From Schizochytrium sp. TIO01 (Eukaryota > Protista > Bigyra: Labyrinthulomycetes): DNA of 64,000 nt. This document shows, one piece after another, positions 51,431 to 64,000 of this stretch. How positions within the stretch are numbered: position 1 is the stretch's first letter; the number at the start of each line of letters is the position of its first letter. The position numbers and the translations under genes were made by a program. The DNA lies in NCBI GenBank assembly GCA_004764695.1, contig SMSO01000031.1, positions 2,580,436 to 2,644,435 of the forward strand, written 5' to 3'. The notes below the pieces were generated by a model. The model was not told where the DNA came from and did no database searches. It saw nothing but the letters and a program-made list of their open reading frames with translations.

Positions 51431-54400
51431 ATGAGTATCTCAACAATCGGAACAGCTTGCAAAAGAGAAAGAAAATGTGAATGGCAAAGAGGGAAGGAAA
51501 CGTGCCGCTCATAGTTTCTCTGCTTACTTTGAATGCGCTCCGAAAGCCTACGCAAGACAAGAAGGGAATCCACCAACCTCAAGAACCTCGCCCAGAAAGA
51601 AAGAAATAAAGAAAGAAGTCCATTAATGCAATCTCAAGCTTGGATAGCTCAGCTGGCTGGCTCAGGACCCACTATCTCATCCGCAGCAGTACTGATTCGC
51701 TGCCTAGACACGCAGCTGCAGAAGAAAGACTCGGAGTTGCAGCTGTGGAATGGCTAGTTAGGTAGGTCTATGCATGTCTTCTTCTGCCTGTTTGTTCTCT
51801 GTTTTTGTGACAAGAATAAAACAATAACCACAACAACAACAACAACTTCTAGCACATTCAAACTCGTTCTTTTCTTTTCTTTTCTTCTATTTTCTTCTCC
51901 TCCCTTTTATTTTTTTCTTTCGCCTTCTTGTTACTTTGTTTCTCTGCTCAGTCTGAGCCTGGGTTTCCCTACCTCTGCTTCCCCTCCAAATCAGGATTCT
52001 GCTGACTGCTACTACTTCGCTGCTTCCAATCCTCACTTCGCACGCTTCCTTATCGCGGCAACGTGCGTGCATTGTACTTTCTCAGGTCAATACTTGGAAA
52101 GCTACTTTTTTGAAATCTCAGCTCCTCAGTCTTTTGAATCCGCATCTAGGTCTCTCATCTTTTTGCTTTTTGTTCTTGGCATCGCCGGGCAAGCAACCCT
52201 TTGCACTATATACTCTATTCACCTGCGTTTAGAGAGAGGGAAAGCGAAAGCTGCAAATTATTAGTCTTATTTGAAATCACCATTTGGAGTAACATGACTC
52301 AGCAAAACCACAGAACACCATTTCCCTCGCCTTCAATATGAGCTCAGCAGTTATCTAAGTACGAAGTGCCCACTGTGAAGGTGAAGACGACGCGCTTTAG
52401 CTAAATCTGAGTGTCCCCCGCCCTGTAATAAACCAGCACATTACAAAAGCACGCAGAAACTGCAACTATGTTCCGCTGACCTATCGTTGTCAGACGACGG
52501 TCAAGCGCTCGTTTCCGGTAGCGGCCGAGATGCACTGACAGCCTCCTCCACAGCGCACAAACAAACCATCTCACATCCACTCGCAGGATGGGGCAGTATT
52601 ATGCAATGGGGATTGAAAGAGATCGGAGCCCGGATAAAGGAAACGTGACATGAATGCGCAGTTCTTGCTTGTTTGTTTGTTGTGAAGTAGGTTTATCGCA
52701 TGTACCTTATGGCTTGAGAAATGAATTGCTGAAGAATAACCAAGGATAAAACGCAAACGTATTTTTAAAAGAACCGCCAGCAGCTAGACGGCTGAGTCTA
52801 TTAACTTCTCTGCTATTCGTCGAGATCGGGGCAGTTTAGCAACTCAGTTCTTGTGCTAGTTTTCGCGAGAAACTCCTTTGAAATAAATTAATTTCCTTTT
52901 GCCAGAGCATAGCTTTGTTGTGTTCACAGCAGGCCATTAGGTAAAACTCTAGACATCACCAGGTTAACCCTGCTTAGGTGATAGCAGGTACGCCATTTTG
53001 TTTGCTGCGACGCCAGATCAGTGAAGAGTATAGATTTTTGTCTGTTTAACGCCGAAAGCACTCAGTTTATGTCCATCAAGTCTGTGTCCCACGCGTAGGT
53101 TGCTGAATCTGACCTGTTAGAACCTTAAAGGCAGAAGAATCCTGAGTAATACAAGCAGTCTTTTCCTTGGATTCTCTACCCCCTCCAGAAAGAAGCCTTT
53201 TTCGTCACCTTCAGTAATTCCTCTCTTTTTTTCTTTCTCTTTTTTAATTTAGAATATAAAAGTTTTTAACTTTCGTTGCTTAAATATACTATAGAGCTTA
53301 CTTACTAATTGATTGATCATCAATGCAAGCTATAACATAATGAGACCACTTGAATTTACAGCTGTTCATGTATTGCTTATGTTTCAAGCAAGGTAGTAGT
53401 ACAGGCATCAGCTTTCTAATCTATTCTTTTACATAAGTAAAAACTGAAAAGTTATGATGGCACACTTAACTACTACTATCTACTCTACTTCGTAAAATCT
53501 TGCTTATTCTCATATTTAGATTCTTGTTCACGATAAAGTGGAGGGAAAGAAAGCCTGTGGAAGTGAAGAATAGTGAGAGACACGAACCAACTCTCTCTCT
53601 CTCTCTCTCTCTCTCTCAGATTGCAGAAGAGAGTGTGAAAAAGACTCTTTCACCTTTTACTTTTCTCCGCCTTTGAAAATCCCGGTCAGGTGGCGTTGGG
53701 CGGAGCGTGCGGAGCCACTCGGCTTTGCGGCGGTTCTCCCCGTTGATAACCACTTTCACTAGCTAGTCAGAGAGACTGGGCTTTTTAAAATCTACTGTTT
53801 TTTTTAGTTGAGTCTCTGAGTATAGGATATCTATTTGTGGTTTCTTAAGCTCGCAAAGAACCAATGAGGAGGTACCTAGGAACTTCTATATCCATCCTTA
53901 TGTATTAATTGGTAAATAGGTACCTAGCTAGAGGTAGTTTGATAAGGATAAGAATGAAAGAATTGGAGATTTAGAAGAATAGCAGGAGAGAAAACAGGTT
54001 GCACGAACCAGTCACGACGAAGCTTTGATAAGTTTTGATTTTCCCCTTCGGCACGCCAAGGTTTCATCTGTAGCCCAATCCTAAGTGCCTGACTTATTGT
54101 TATTCTCATGTCCTAAATAAATCTCATTCTCACTCTTCTTTTCTTTCCATTTTATCACTAATAGAGGTTATATACTTGCACGCACTGAGGTCAGAATAGC
54201 TTTTGTCCATTTTGTCCAAGATCAAAGATACGGACAATGTGGCAAATTCTGCGAAGAGCTCAGGAGAGACAAACTCAGAAAATGGGGTCTTGAGAGCTCC
54301 AGATGGCAGAGACATGAATATAAGTAGCCATAAGACGTAGCTGCTTCAGAGGCAGGCAAAAGAAAGAAATGAATGAGCGACCCGTGCAAATACCTGCTAC

Positions 54401-56559
54401 CCTCTCTAACTAACCTACCTACCTACTTGAGAATAGAGAAACAGAAAAACAAGGTCCTAAAGTATCTTTCACTGCCAGAAGGGTCTTTAATTTTAACATA
54501 CCGTGGTAGGAAGCCGTAGAGAGGCAACACCGAGCTTTCTCGTCGGGAAACCGTCGTGGAAGGTGCGGGGCTGTGCTGATAATCGTTCGGAGGCGGTTTC
54601 TAAGGGCCTCTTGAACCAGCTTAGTTCAAGGTAGTAGCTTTTTCTTTTTGTATTTGAAAAAAGCATGAGGAGCTCTCGCCCAATTTGTTTCCTTCCCTTT
54701 TCTTTGCATTTATAGTAGAAAGTTGTTTCAAGAAAAGAGAAGCCTCTCACCGGCACGCCTCGGTTGTTCTCTCTCTAGAGAGAATAGTACTTCTCCTCCT
54801 CAATCATTCCCCACGTGCTTGCTATACATAGATAGCCAAGTTTTCTGGTGTCTAGAAACTTTTCGAGTAAGGTAGTTCTAGGCCGTACTACCAAGAACTG
54901 TGCCTCACCATCTCACTCGAGGAAACTCACTCGCTGGACCAAAGTCAAACGATTGGCAGTTCCCGCGGCGAGCGGCGCAACTGACTTACGGGAAGGCCAC
55001 TGTAGATTGCGGGATTTTCCTCCGAGTTTTGAACAGAGACTCTCTCTCAGGTACAGACAGTGCAGCTCCGAGTGGCTGCGAGGGATTGATTCTCATCTCT
55101 TAGATATTATAGACAAAATGGCTCCAAAAGATGGTGGAGCATTGGTGGGTGAGCTGCTAGATGATGCGCTGCTGACGACTTCTTTTAGCAAACCAGTGGG
55201 TCTTGGAACTGGGAACCCTGCTAGACTTGATTTCTTCAATGCAAAGAGTATCGGAAGACAAGAGTTTGGTTGTTCCTAATCGCTAGGCAGCGCAAGTGAG
55301 TTTACTTGTTAGACTCTCCTTGAAATGTAGAGCTTTCTGGTGATGAAGTCCTCTCAATTTAATTTACCCACTGCCCCACTTGGTTTTGCTTACATAGAAC
55401 AAAGTCCACTCATGTCGCCATAATTCGATGGCCCTCTTGAACGCGCTTGGGCAACTTGAGATTTTTTTGAATATGTGTTGAGTTTCTTCAATGATGAACG
55501 CGCTGCTTGCTTGAAAGACGGGATTAGATTCATAAATTGTTACCCTGGGTCAGATGTCGGATGGTTGGTCCTCCCGTCCTCTTTCTTTCTTAACCCCAAC
55601 CCGCTACCAAGAGGAACTCAGGGACTCGGGCCATCTTCTCCTATAAACGAAATGCCCTTGCCAATGTAGTGCGGAAGCTTACAAACTAATTTGCCCTCAA
55701 GTGTTGCAAGAAGTTAAAAAATTAAGTTCCTCATATTCTGCTATTGCAAGATGTAGTACGTTTTGAATGAGTGTTGATCCAGCCAATCTAAATGGCCAAT
55801 CTAGATTTGGAAAATCAGGAATTAACTATGCGGAGCTGCCGAGTTTTTAAACAATTTCCACCGCTCTTGACATTGCAACCGCATTCCCTTATTGCATTGC
55901 TGCTTCGCTGTGGCTGCCTCGATTGAACATTCAAAAGCTCAGAGAGTCAGTGGATTAGGAGGCCTCTATGAAGACATTCTCTGCCCTATGATAGGTTCGT
56001 CCACAAGTCTTCACAAGAAAACCACACTACATGTCAGCACCCTAGCCAACCCTTGCACGTGCGCTTTTGCCTAGATTTGAAGCTATACAAATGAAGCTTC
56101 TGAAAAGCTAGCTGCCAATCTTCGTTCTAGTCGTTGAGAATTTCAACGTGGGCCAAACTTCAATCTTGACGCAAAGGTAACACTCCCTCCTTGCAAGAAC
56201 AAGGCAGGCTGCTGAGCACCTCTGCGTTCAGGAAAGTGCATGCGCAAGGCAGGAATGAAACTCGAATCAACGGAGCGGACGGCATCGCTCATGATTTCCA
56301 CATGTTCTTTATCGCAAGGAACGAGATTCGCCGGGCGTTGTTGCAGGTGTGGAGGCGGCAAGGAAAATAACCAACCGCACGCCTGAAAGAGAGGGTCGAG
56401 GAACCTCGCGTTGTCGCGACTAATGGGCTCCACCGCTCAACTCGCAGCGACCTCTTGAAACCAAGATTGGTGCCAGAACAGTCAAGATCGTCCATTCTCA
56501 CTCCCTCCTCGTCGCTGCTAATCCGCCAGGACTATTTCAAATTAAAGGCGACATTCAAA

Positions 56560-56560
56560 G

Positions 56561-56589
<29 letters not shown>
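56560..56589. repeat. (GAA)10 repeat
   Basis: Read directly from sequence. Confidence 0.9.
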
Positions 56590-56591
<2 letters not shown>

Positions 56592-58959
56592 CGTCTTTGT
56601 TCGCCAAGATCCTGTCGAAGAGCCTTTTCCACCTTTTCAGCCATGACTAAGACCTGCTAGCGGACTGCTATCCGCTGATTGTTAGTACCTTGTTCTATTT
56701 AGATGATGTTTTCCAGAATTGCAATACAAACAGATAATGCAATCAAAAAAGCAAACCGCTCCCATAATCTCGGCGGCGATGACGATGGTCACTCACGCTG
56801 ATCGAGCCCTCTCAAAAGCTCCTGCAGAGATGCGCCTCAGGGCTGAAAACCCGCCTCCCTTGAAAGCGAGCCGTGCCGCAAGAAAACAGAAGATAGCCAC
56901 GTCATGAAACAAAAGCAACGCAGGGGCGCAGGTAGGCTGGTCCAAAGGACAAGCGGTTCATGCGAGCGCAAGGGAAAAAAGGGTACCCGCCTTGGGATGA
57001 CTTGATAGTGGCAGGCAATTAGAAGGGTGGTGGGGCACCAGTAGGAACGCCTAACAGATAAGCTAGCGAGCACACGAGAGTTTTTGACGATGTAGTAGTT
57101 GTTCCCTTTTTTAGTGTAAGTTGCCTTTTTCTATTTTTGAGTAAAATAATAGTTTGTTTTGTTTTAAATTAGCTGCGTTTGAGGTTACTTGGACAGAGAG
57201 GAGGAATGTGAATTGCAAGAATTCGCTCCATTGCGAGGCCTTGAAGCTAGCTAGCTAGATTGACCGCGCCAAAAGCACGAGCTGCGTGTGGACCCCGGCT
57301 TCACTTCGTAGCGAATGCGCTGCTGCTTGCTCTCCCGAGAGCAGTGCCTGGTTCTTGCAAGAGCTAGCTTTCGTGATAACTTTGATGAGGCTGCTTCGCC
57401 CTGTTATCGAGAACATGCAGAGTCTCGTGGTTTCCGAAGTTCATTTTTGAGGAGGTCGATGAGCAAAAGTCTCGGCGAGGCTTTAACAGAAGCTCAACTC
57501 GATTGATCCACGCATCTTCGCGATTGGTCCGTGGTAATCGATCCTCTTCTCATGAACGAGGCCTTTCGTGAAGGCGGGTCGTGCATGCCAATGAGCCATG
57601 TCACTCACTCGCGTTATATCTAATGTATGCAAGTCCTCCTCCTCCTCCTCCTCCTCCGTGGAACTTCTAGTTGGTGCATCTCAAACATGGCATCGACAGA
57701 CTATGTCTATGTCTACTGAGTCTAGCTAGCTAGAGCAAATAAAAGCACGGACCGGTGTATTCAGTAGCGCCGCTTTCCTTTGGCTATGGACGGGAAACCA
57801 ATGATCAACTTCGACAAGGACAGAAAGGAAATGGTGACATTTCGGCAGAAAAAGTGTCGAAGTCAGTCGTATGCTTGCAGCAGAAGGGTACTCCCTTTCC
57901 TGCGGTTGTTCTAGCTCCAAGGAGGTAAGAGGATATGGTAGTTCGTGGCAGAGCTAAAAGAAAAGAACAACGGCCTACTGAGTACTCGAATGTTAAAATA
58001 GAATTTTAAAAACATTTATGAAGAAAAGGAGCCATGCTATGATCCTCCTTTAAGAGTCTGGTAGCTTTTGTTCTATTCACTGGTTGCTTGCTTACTTATT
58101 TTATCATATCTTTGATTGCTTGTTGTTTAATGGACTTCTGAGATCTGCTCGCAATCTCTGAGGAAAGACCGAAATGTTAAGAATGCAACCTCACTTATTT
58201 CTAATACCTTTTCTTTACAGTGTTCCTCTTTTTCTTCCTTTTCTTTTTTATAAAGATGCACTCGTGGCGTTCTTTTACGGGGAAAGTGATAAGAGAACGC
58301 TTGGCTTTCGTTATCAATTTTTTTTAATAAACAAGGGAGAGAGTTTTAGAGCACAAGGTAAAAGACTGCCCCTTCAGTGTGAGGAGGATAAAGGAGATAA
58401 GAAGTTTCGTTCTCACTTTTATTTTAGTTTTTGAATTTAAATATATCTTTGTATCTTTTTTTTTAACCCATATTCATGTGAAACAACCAATGAGATATCA
58501 GTAAGACATTTAACCTTACCTTTTTGCCAAGACTGCGCAAAGAAACCACCGTTGCGACTCACACTTCTTGGTTGTTTGGTGTCTGACGATTGAGCTTTTG
58601 CTACCCCCAGCGGACGCTGATTGTCATATACAAGATCTCGCTCCAATGTCCTAGGAAGCCCTCCTTGCAGAGTCCAGTGTCCCTAGATGTAGATCAGATG
58701 TAGATAAAACACCTTTCTACAGTCTAGCCCTGGTAGGACACTATTATATTCTCAGAGGCGAAACTTTATAAAAGGTGATTCCACTAGGAAGTTGAAGAGA
58801 ATTGCCAAGGCTCCAAAGACTGAGGCTTTTCGGCGCCGGAATAACTTTCTCTTATATTAAAAAAAATAATTTTCTCCCTTTTTAATTGGAACGGACTCCA
58901 GAAGCAAGGGAAAAAATGGCAATTCGGGTGTATGTTTATTAACACCCTTTCATCTCTTT

Positions 58960-59700
58960 TGGCCTATCAAATACATTTTTATTTTTATTTTAATATTTTA
59001 TTATTTTATTTTAAAACTTGTTCTTTCTACACCTAAAGAACGACCCACCTTGTTCAGTTTCGCGACAAAATAATACTTTTTAATGTTTTTTCAAAAACAA
59101 ATGTCTAACTTTCTTTTTGAATAAATATTTTTTACGAATAGAACAAAAGTTGTAATATGACACTTTTATTTTCTGTACCTTCTCAGTGTTTACTTATCAA
59201 TGGAATAGTAATAATAGTTCTTTAAAATACATCTCGAGGCGTTCCATATTCTATTTAACTTTTAAAAGTTAAAAATATAATTTCTAACATTTCGATAAAA
59301 ATAAAAATTCATCCATACTTTCCTCAGTTTCTGGATGAACTATTACCTGTTCTAAAGAGAACTTACAAGAATACTATTAAAAATTAGTTTTTACCAAATA
59401 CACAATTATTAAGCCTCAACGCTAAACAAAGAATAAGCCTCGACCTTTTTAACTTTTTATCTTACTTCAAACTTAATCTAACAAATACAACTTCTTTCTA
59501 ATACTTCAGAAATATAATCATTAACTCTTTGAATGTATTAAAAGAACGACCGCTTTTAGAGACGTCGAAAAGAAGAACATGTCAAAACAAAGTATTGGCC
59601 AAAGTGACTAGCAATAGCTAAACTTGAAGAAAAAAAAAAACTCCTCTCTCATATAAAGAATAGGATTTCTGCTATTATCGCTAATTATTCATTCATCATC
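58960..59700 (+). promoter_or_regulatory. Putative AP2-gene promoter: AT-rich AGAAC island, poly(A) tract, TATAAAG (59652-59658) and initiator-like TCATTC (59689-59694)
   Basis: TATA and initiator-like motifs sit right where the + strand ATG-free tract begins; about 8 AGAAC/GTTCT motifs upstream. Confidence 0.55.
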
Positions 59701-61006
59701 ACAAAGAAAGAGTCAAACAAACACAAAATATACATTCACGCCACGCTCAAGAGCGAGCAAAGCCTTAGCTAGTTGCCGCCGGCCCGCGAGTGAGCGAGAA
59801 GCAAGCAACCCGTCAGCCGGAATCAGGTGGCGTGAGCCGTCAGCCACCCTGGAAGCCGTCGAGAGTATCGAGACCGTCGTTGTTGTTGTCGTAGTCTCTT
59901 GTCGTGCCGTGGCGTCCTCGACAACATCAGCATCGCAACGAGGGAATCGATTCTTACATTCGCGTCTCTCGCGCCCGGACCCAGCCTATTAATAAGTATA
60001 GCGAATAGGTCGGTGAGACAGCAAACCCACAAAGCATTAGCTGGCAAGAGTAGCAGGTCGCTTGCCCAGACACATCAGACGTAGGGAAGTGCCGAAGAAG
60101 CAGCGGCCAGCAGATACTTGTGCGAGGGAACGAGTTGGAGTTGTCGTAGTCTCTTCTTCGAGTGCTATTGACTTTTCCTTCTTCTCCTTCTTTACTTGGC
60201 GCTTGGTGTTTTTCTCTCCCTTTTCTTTTCAATTTTTCCCTCTCTTTTTTGTTTTGTCCCCTGAGGTTTTCTGCTTCATCCCTTTACTTCTATTCTATTA
60301 CACTTAGTATTGAATAGGCATTTGAAAACATATCAAAAACTTTAAAAGGCCGTCTCAGGGAGGAGAACAGCAGAAAGCAAAGCGATAATACGGCGGAGAC
60401 AAGCGAGAGCTATATTAGGTGTCGCGAACTCTCCCAGACGTGTAATACAAAGTCCAAAGCAACTGCTGCATACTTTGTCATCCATTGGCTAGGCAGTCAA
60501 ATAAATAGTGTTCGCGCCTCCGTCCTCTGTTCTGGCAATAGACAGTTGTAGTAGTAGTAGAAGTAGAAGTAGCAGTAGAGAAGGAAAGCTTTCCTTGAGT
60601 GTAATTTGCAAGCAAGCAACAAGAGGAAGCAAGAAATTTGCGGTATTCATCATCTGACTTGCTAAGGGTAGAAAGTCCAAAGCCTGGAGAGACAACAAGA
60701 ACAAAGGAGTTCTTAATCTCGCGGGAAATCTTCAGAGGTAATAGCACCGCGCTCAGCGCAAAAACGATTCAGGTTTCGCATTAACCGGATTACCGAGCAT
60801 TGTATAGTGTTCTATATAACATCAATCTCCACCGCCTCGTGCGAGCATTCAAGTTGGCCAGCAGCAATATTATTTCACGTGCCTGTCATAACGTAGAGGA
60901 AGAAAAACTACCTTAACAACCCGCTTTGTTATTCGCTGTTCTTCTTCTGTTGTCCTCCTGAAGATCGAAAATTGCGACCTTAGCGAGTTACATCAGATCC
61001 TTGGCG
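59690..61006 (+). other. Putative ~1.3-kb 5' UTR of the AP2 gene
   Basis: No ATG on the + strand between 59582 and 61006, while CAT (ATG on the other strand) is frequent. Confidence 0.65.
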
Positions 61007-62932
61007 ATGATGGTGAAGGACGAAAAACCGGAACTCCGTCGCTTCACAGCAGATGGTAATGAAGACATTCTCTCGCGTAACGCGCTTGTCAGCTTAGAAG
61101 AGGCTAAGCGGAAAAACGACGAGGCCAAGGTGCCTACAACCTCTGTGATGAAGACCACTAACCACAAAATCAACATGGGCATGCCTATCCAGCAACAACT
61201 TCGTGAAAACAAAAGTGCGATGAATGTGCTGCAAGCTGCGAACAACTTAAAATCTAATATTGGAATCAAACCTGAACCTCAAGCGGCAGTGAACACCAAT
61301 GAGAGCGATAAGCAACAAGATCAACAAAAGCAACAGCAGGAGCCCACAAAGCATCTTCGTGCTAGCTCCGGATCAGCAATGTCAGGCTCGAGCGCCTCTT
61401 CCGAAGGTTCAAACGCGCCTGAACAAACAGACGCGGCAAGGGCTGGGACCCGTGAAAGTAGTCAAGGCTCAACTCGTCGCACTGGTGCAAAGCGATCCCG
61501 TCCGAACTCATGCACTAGCAAATTTCGTGGCGTTAGCTGGTTCAAGGCAAATCATGTCTGGAAAGCGCAAATTACTGTGAATGGCAAATATGAATATCTG
61601 GGTTACTTTGAAAAGGAGACTGATGCTGCTTGGGCTTACGACATCCGTGCACTCCAGGTCCATGGCACCTGGGCACAGCTTAACTTCCCCGACCAAATTG
61701 AAAAGCTCCGTGAGGATAGCAAAACAAACTGGATCGCACATCATAAAGCAAGTCAGGTTCTCAAACGCGCACGAAAGCGTGCTGGGGTTCCTGCAAACGC
61801 GACTTCTGCAGGTCAATCCACAGCCTCTGCTGGAAACTCGCCTATTCCCTCAAAAGATGTCATGACAGAGGCTCCGCGTCTGCGCATGCCGTCCTTCTCT
61901 CCTACTGACCTTTCCCTTGGACAATCTGCAAACAACACCGCCGCAGCTGCCGCAGCTGCTGCAGCAGCAGCCGCTGCTGCCGCTGCAAGTGCTGGCCTGG
62001 GAGGAACTATGGGAGGCAACTCCTTGGCGAGTATGTTTGCCCAGCAAAATGCCGGTGCTTCTGCAACCACCGCAAGCTCCTCGCTACCAATCTCCGCTAT
62101 TGATATCTTCAAAATGCTGGGTGTGAACCCTAGTGCTTTGCAGCAGCACCAGCAGCTTCAGCAACAATCTGGTTCAAATGCTGCCACCGCTGCAGCTGCC
62201 GCTAATAACAACAATAGTGTTGGAACTACAGCAGCAGCCGCATCAGCTGCGCTTTTGGCATCGAACAACAACAAAAATGTCCAGAGTGGTAACAATCAGA
62301 GCCTCACAAACTCTCTTTTTGCTGCATCCTCAAATTCTCTGCCCAACTTTGGTGGAATGAATAACCAAGACCCACTTGGTATGGCAAACATGGCGCAGTA
62401 CGACAAGGCTGGTCTTGAGGCAATTATTTCCTCCCATGTGTTAGATATGCGACGCCGCATGACCCTTCAACGCATCCGTTACCTTCAACTAGATGCCGAG
62501 GTTGTTGCGCGCTATGTTCCTGTCGATCCTGCGCTTGTTGCCCAGTACCTTGATCTTCGCATTTCTTTGAGCCCATCACCTGAAACTGAGGTTCTTGGCA
62601 AACTCTTGCTTGACTTTCTTGACAAATATCAAGCAGCATCCCGTGGAACTCTTATTGATCGCGTCCGCAACATGGCAAGTACCCTTGTGCGTCAGCTTGG
62701 AGTTGATGAAAATCAGCTTCCTCTGCGCGCTGGTATCTCCATGAACCAGTATCTCCAGATTATGCCGGAAACCAGTCCCGTAGCATCACCAATGCTCGCT
62801 ACCGACCCGGAACTCATGGGTGCTCTTAAACAGCTTGTTATCTTTCTAGCAGCAAGCCTTCAAACATCGCAGCTCAACCAGATCGCCGAAGTCCTTTTGC
62901 ATGCTGCTAAAGAAGCAGAGCTTCTCAATTAG
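61007..62932 (+). CDS. AP2/ERF-domain transcription factor, single exon, ~641 aa
   Basis: AP2 domain SKFRGVSWFKANHVWKAQITVNGKYEYLGYFEKETDAAWAYDIRALQVHGTWAQLNFP (~61517-61690) with the RGV, W-x-A-x-I, YLG-x-F, AA-x-AYD and LNFP signatures. Basic NLS-like patches flank it, followed by a poly-A/Q/N low-complexity middle. First ATG at 61007 (the track starts at TTG 61001). Confidence 0.93.
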   Translation: MMVKDEKPELRRFTADGNEDILSRNALVSLEEAKRKNDEAKVPTTSVMKTTNHKINMGMPIQQQLRENKSAMNVLQAANNLKSNIGIKPEPQAAVNTNESDKQQDQQKQQQEPTKHLRASSGSAMSGSSASSEGSNAPEQTDAARAGTRESSQGSTRRTGAKRSRPNSCTSKFRGVSWFKANHVWKAQITVNGKYEYLGYFEKETDAAWAYDIRALQVHGTWAQLNFPDQIEKLREDSKTNWIAHHKASQVLKRARKRAGVPANATSAGQSTASAGNSPIPSKDVMTEAPRLRMPSFSPTDLSLGQSANNTAAAAAAAAAAAAAAAASAGLGGTMGGNSLASMFAQQNAGASATTASSSLPISAIDIFKMLGVNPSALQQHQQLQQQSGSNAATAAAAANNNNSVGTTAAAASAALLASNNNKNVQSGNNQSLTNSLFAASSNSLPNFGGMNNQDPLGMANMAQYDKAGLEAIISSHVLDMRRRMTLQRIRYLQLDAEVVARYVPVDPALVAQYLDLRISLSPSPETEVLGKLLLDFLDKYQAASRGTLIDRVRNMASTLVRQLGVDENQLPLRAGISMNQYLQIMPETSPVASPMLATDPELMGALKQLVIFLAASLQTSQLNQIAEVLLHAAKEAELLN

Positions 62933-64000
62933 ATTATCAATAAGATCATGAGCTCGATCCCCGTCCGTCGTCTTCTTCTAATGTGAACAATCTATTATGT
63001 TTTCACATCGTCCTGCACCGTTATATAAATTAGAAATATGTAGTCTTGCTCAGTTTCAGTAACTGTGCGACTAAACACCTTTCATATTATCAACTTTAAG
63101 TCAAATCTCATTTTGATTTTGTACACAGTTTCGCCTACAAGTTTCCATTTCAAATCCATAAGTTCAGTTGAACAAATTCGCTAGCATCATATGAAGAAAT
63201 CGCTTGCTGTCATCCAGAAAAGGCGATAAGTGCACTCTTCGCAATAAGTTTTTCTGTACCAGGATATCTATGTAACAGATTATAACTTTAACTTCACAAA
63301 GCCACGGCTGCAATCCAAAGTAGTAGTCTGTCGTCTCCTAGAAGCATCTTCCTAGTAATATCTCAACTATATGCTGAGTAGCAAGACATTGTATGCATAC
63401 ACCTTAATCAGAAACTAAGTCTGTGCATTTAGTTTTTTAATTTGTATATAATAGCAGAACTTCTTTCTCTGTGTACTCATTATAATTGGCTGGAGTCTAA
63501 AGTATGAAGCGTAACCTTATTTTGTTGTTTTCTCAGTAAAAAATACTTGACCCCTTTAGCAACTTCATATCGTAGTAATCAACGAACTTGCAGCTTTATT
63601 GATGAAGTCAACGTAATTATGCCACTTGTGTGAAGGTCTGCGAATTTGAAACTTTAATGAGAACATGGCGTGTTACCTGTCGACAGGACTTTACCAGAGC
63701 TTTAATCTCATTACAGGTCCTAAACTGTTATAGAAAGTATAGACTGAGATAAGGACTTAACTATCATATGCAAATTTTGTGAGAACTCAAGAGATGAAAG
63801 TGCCCTGAATAAATTAGTAGATATATATGGGTAAAACCTGAATTATTGCGTGAGGAAACAAGATAACTTAACCCCTTCAGCTATGTGCAATACAGAATGA
63901 TCTGTATTAGTCGTCTAAGTACAAACACGACTTTAGTTAGTATTCATCTCTAAGGTTAATATCTAAGATCGCTAACCCTAAAAGATTAAGTATGCAATGC

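Noticed and set aside
53924-55670. Short ORFs with protein-like composition (54130..54315 -, 54848..55279 +, 55475..55669 +)
   Set aside because: No consistent frame, strand or splice path and no recognisable family; a decayed gene cannot be excluded.

Overview
Eukaryotic nuclear DNA: it has a spliceosomal GT-AG intron, a Kozak-type start and microsatellite-rich intergenic DNA. Codon usage and repeat spectrum suggest a stramenopile protist such as a thraustochytrid; this is inference, not a database match. Only two protein genes are well supported. One is a cytoplasmic-type leucyl-tRNA synthetase (join 298..2524,3281..4404) whose single 756-nt intron is packed with G-U-rich hairpins resembling an intronic H/ACA-type or other structured ncRNA. 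The other is a single-exon AP2/ERF-domain transcription factor (61007..62932). Between them lie about 56.6 kb with no recognisable protein gene, but this desert is structured. (i) AT-rich islands dense in AGAAC(A/G) motifs recur roughly every 5-8 kb, the last one at the AP2 promoter. (ii) The 1,425 nt before the AP2 start have no + strand ATG, implying a very long 5' UTR under a TATA/initiator. (iii) There are long microsatellites, including (GAAA)83-GAA-(GAAA)83. (iv) There is a 17-bp perfect inverted-repeat hairpin, a canonical 81-nt intron inside a signal-peptide-like micro-ORF, and patches that read like decayed coding sequence. No tRNA, rRNA, CRISPR array or intact mobile element was found. 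All motif counts are by eye.
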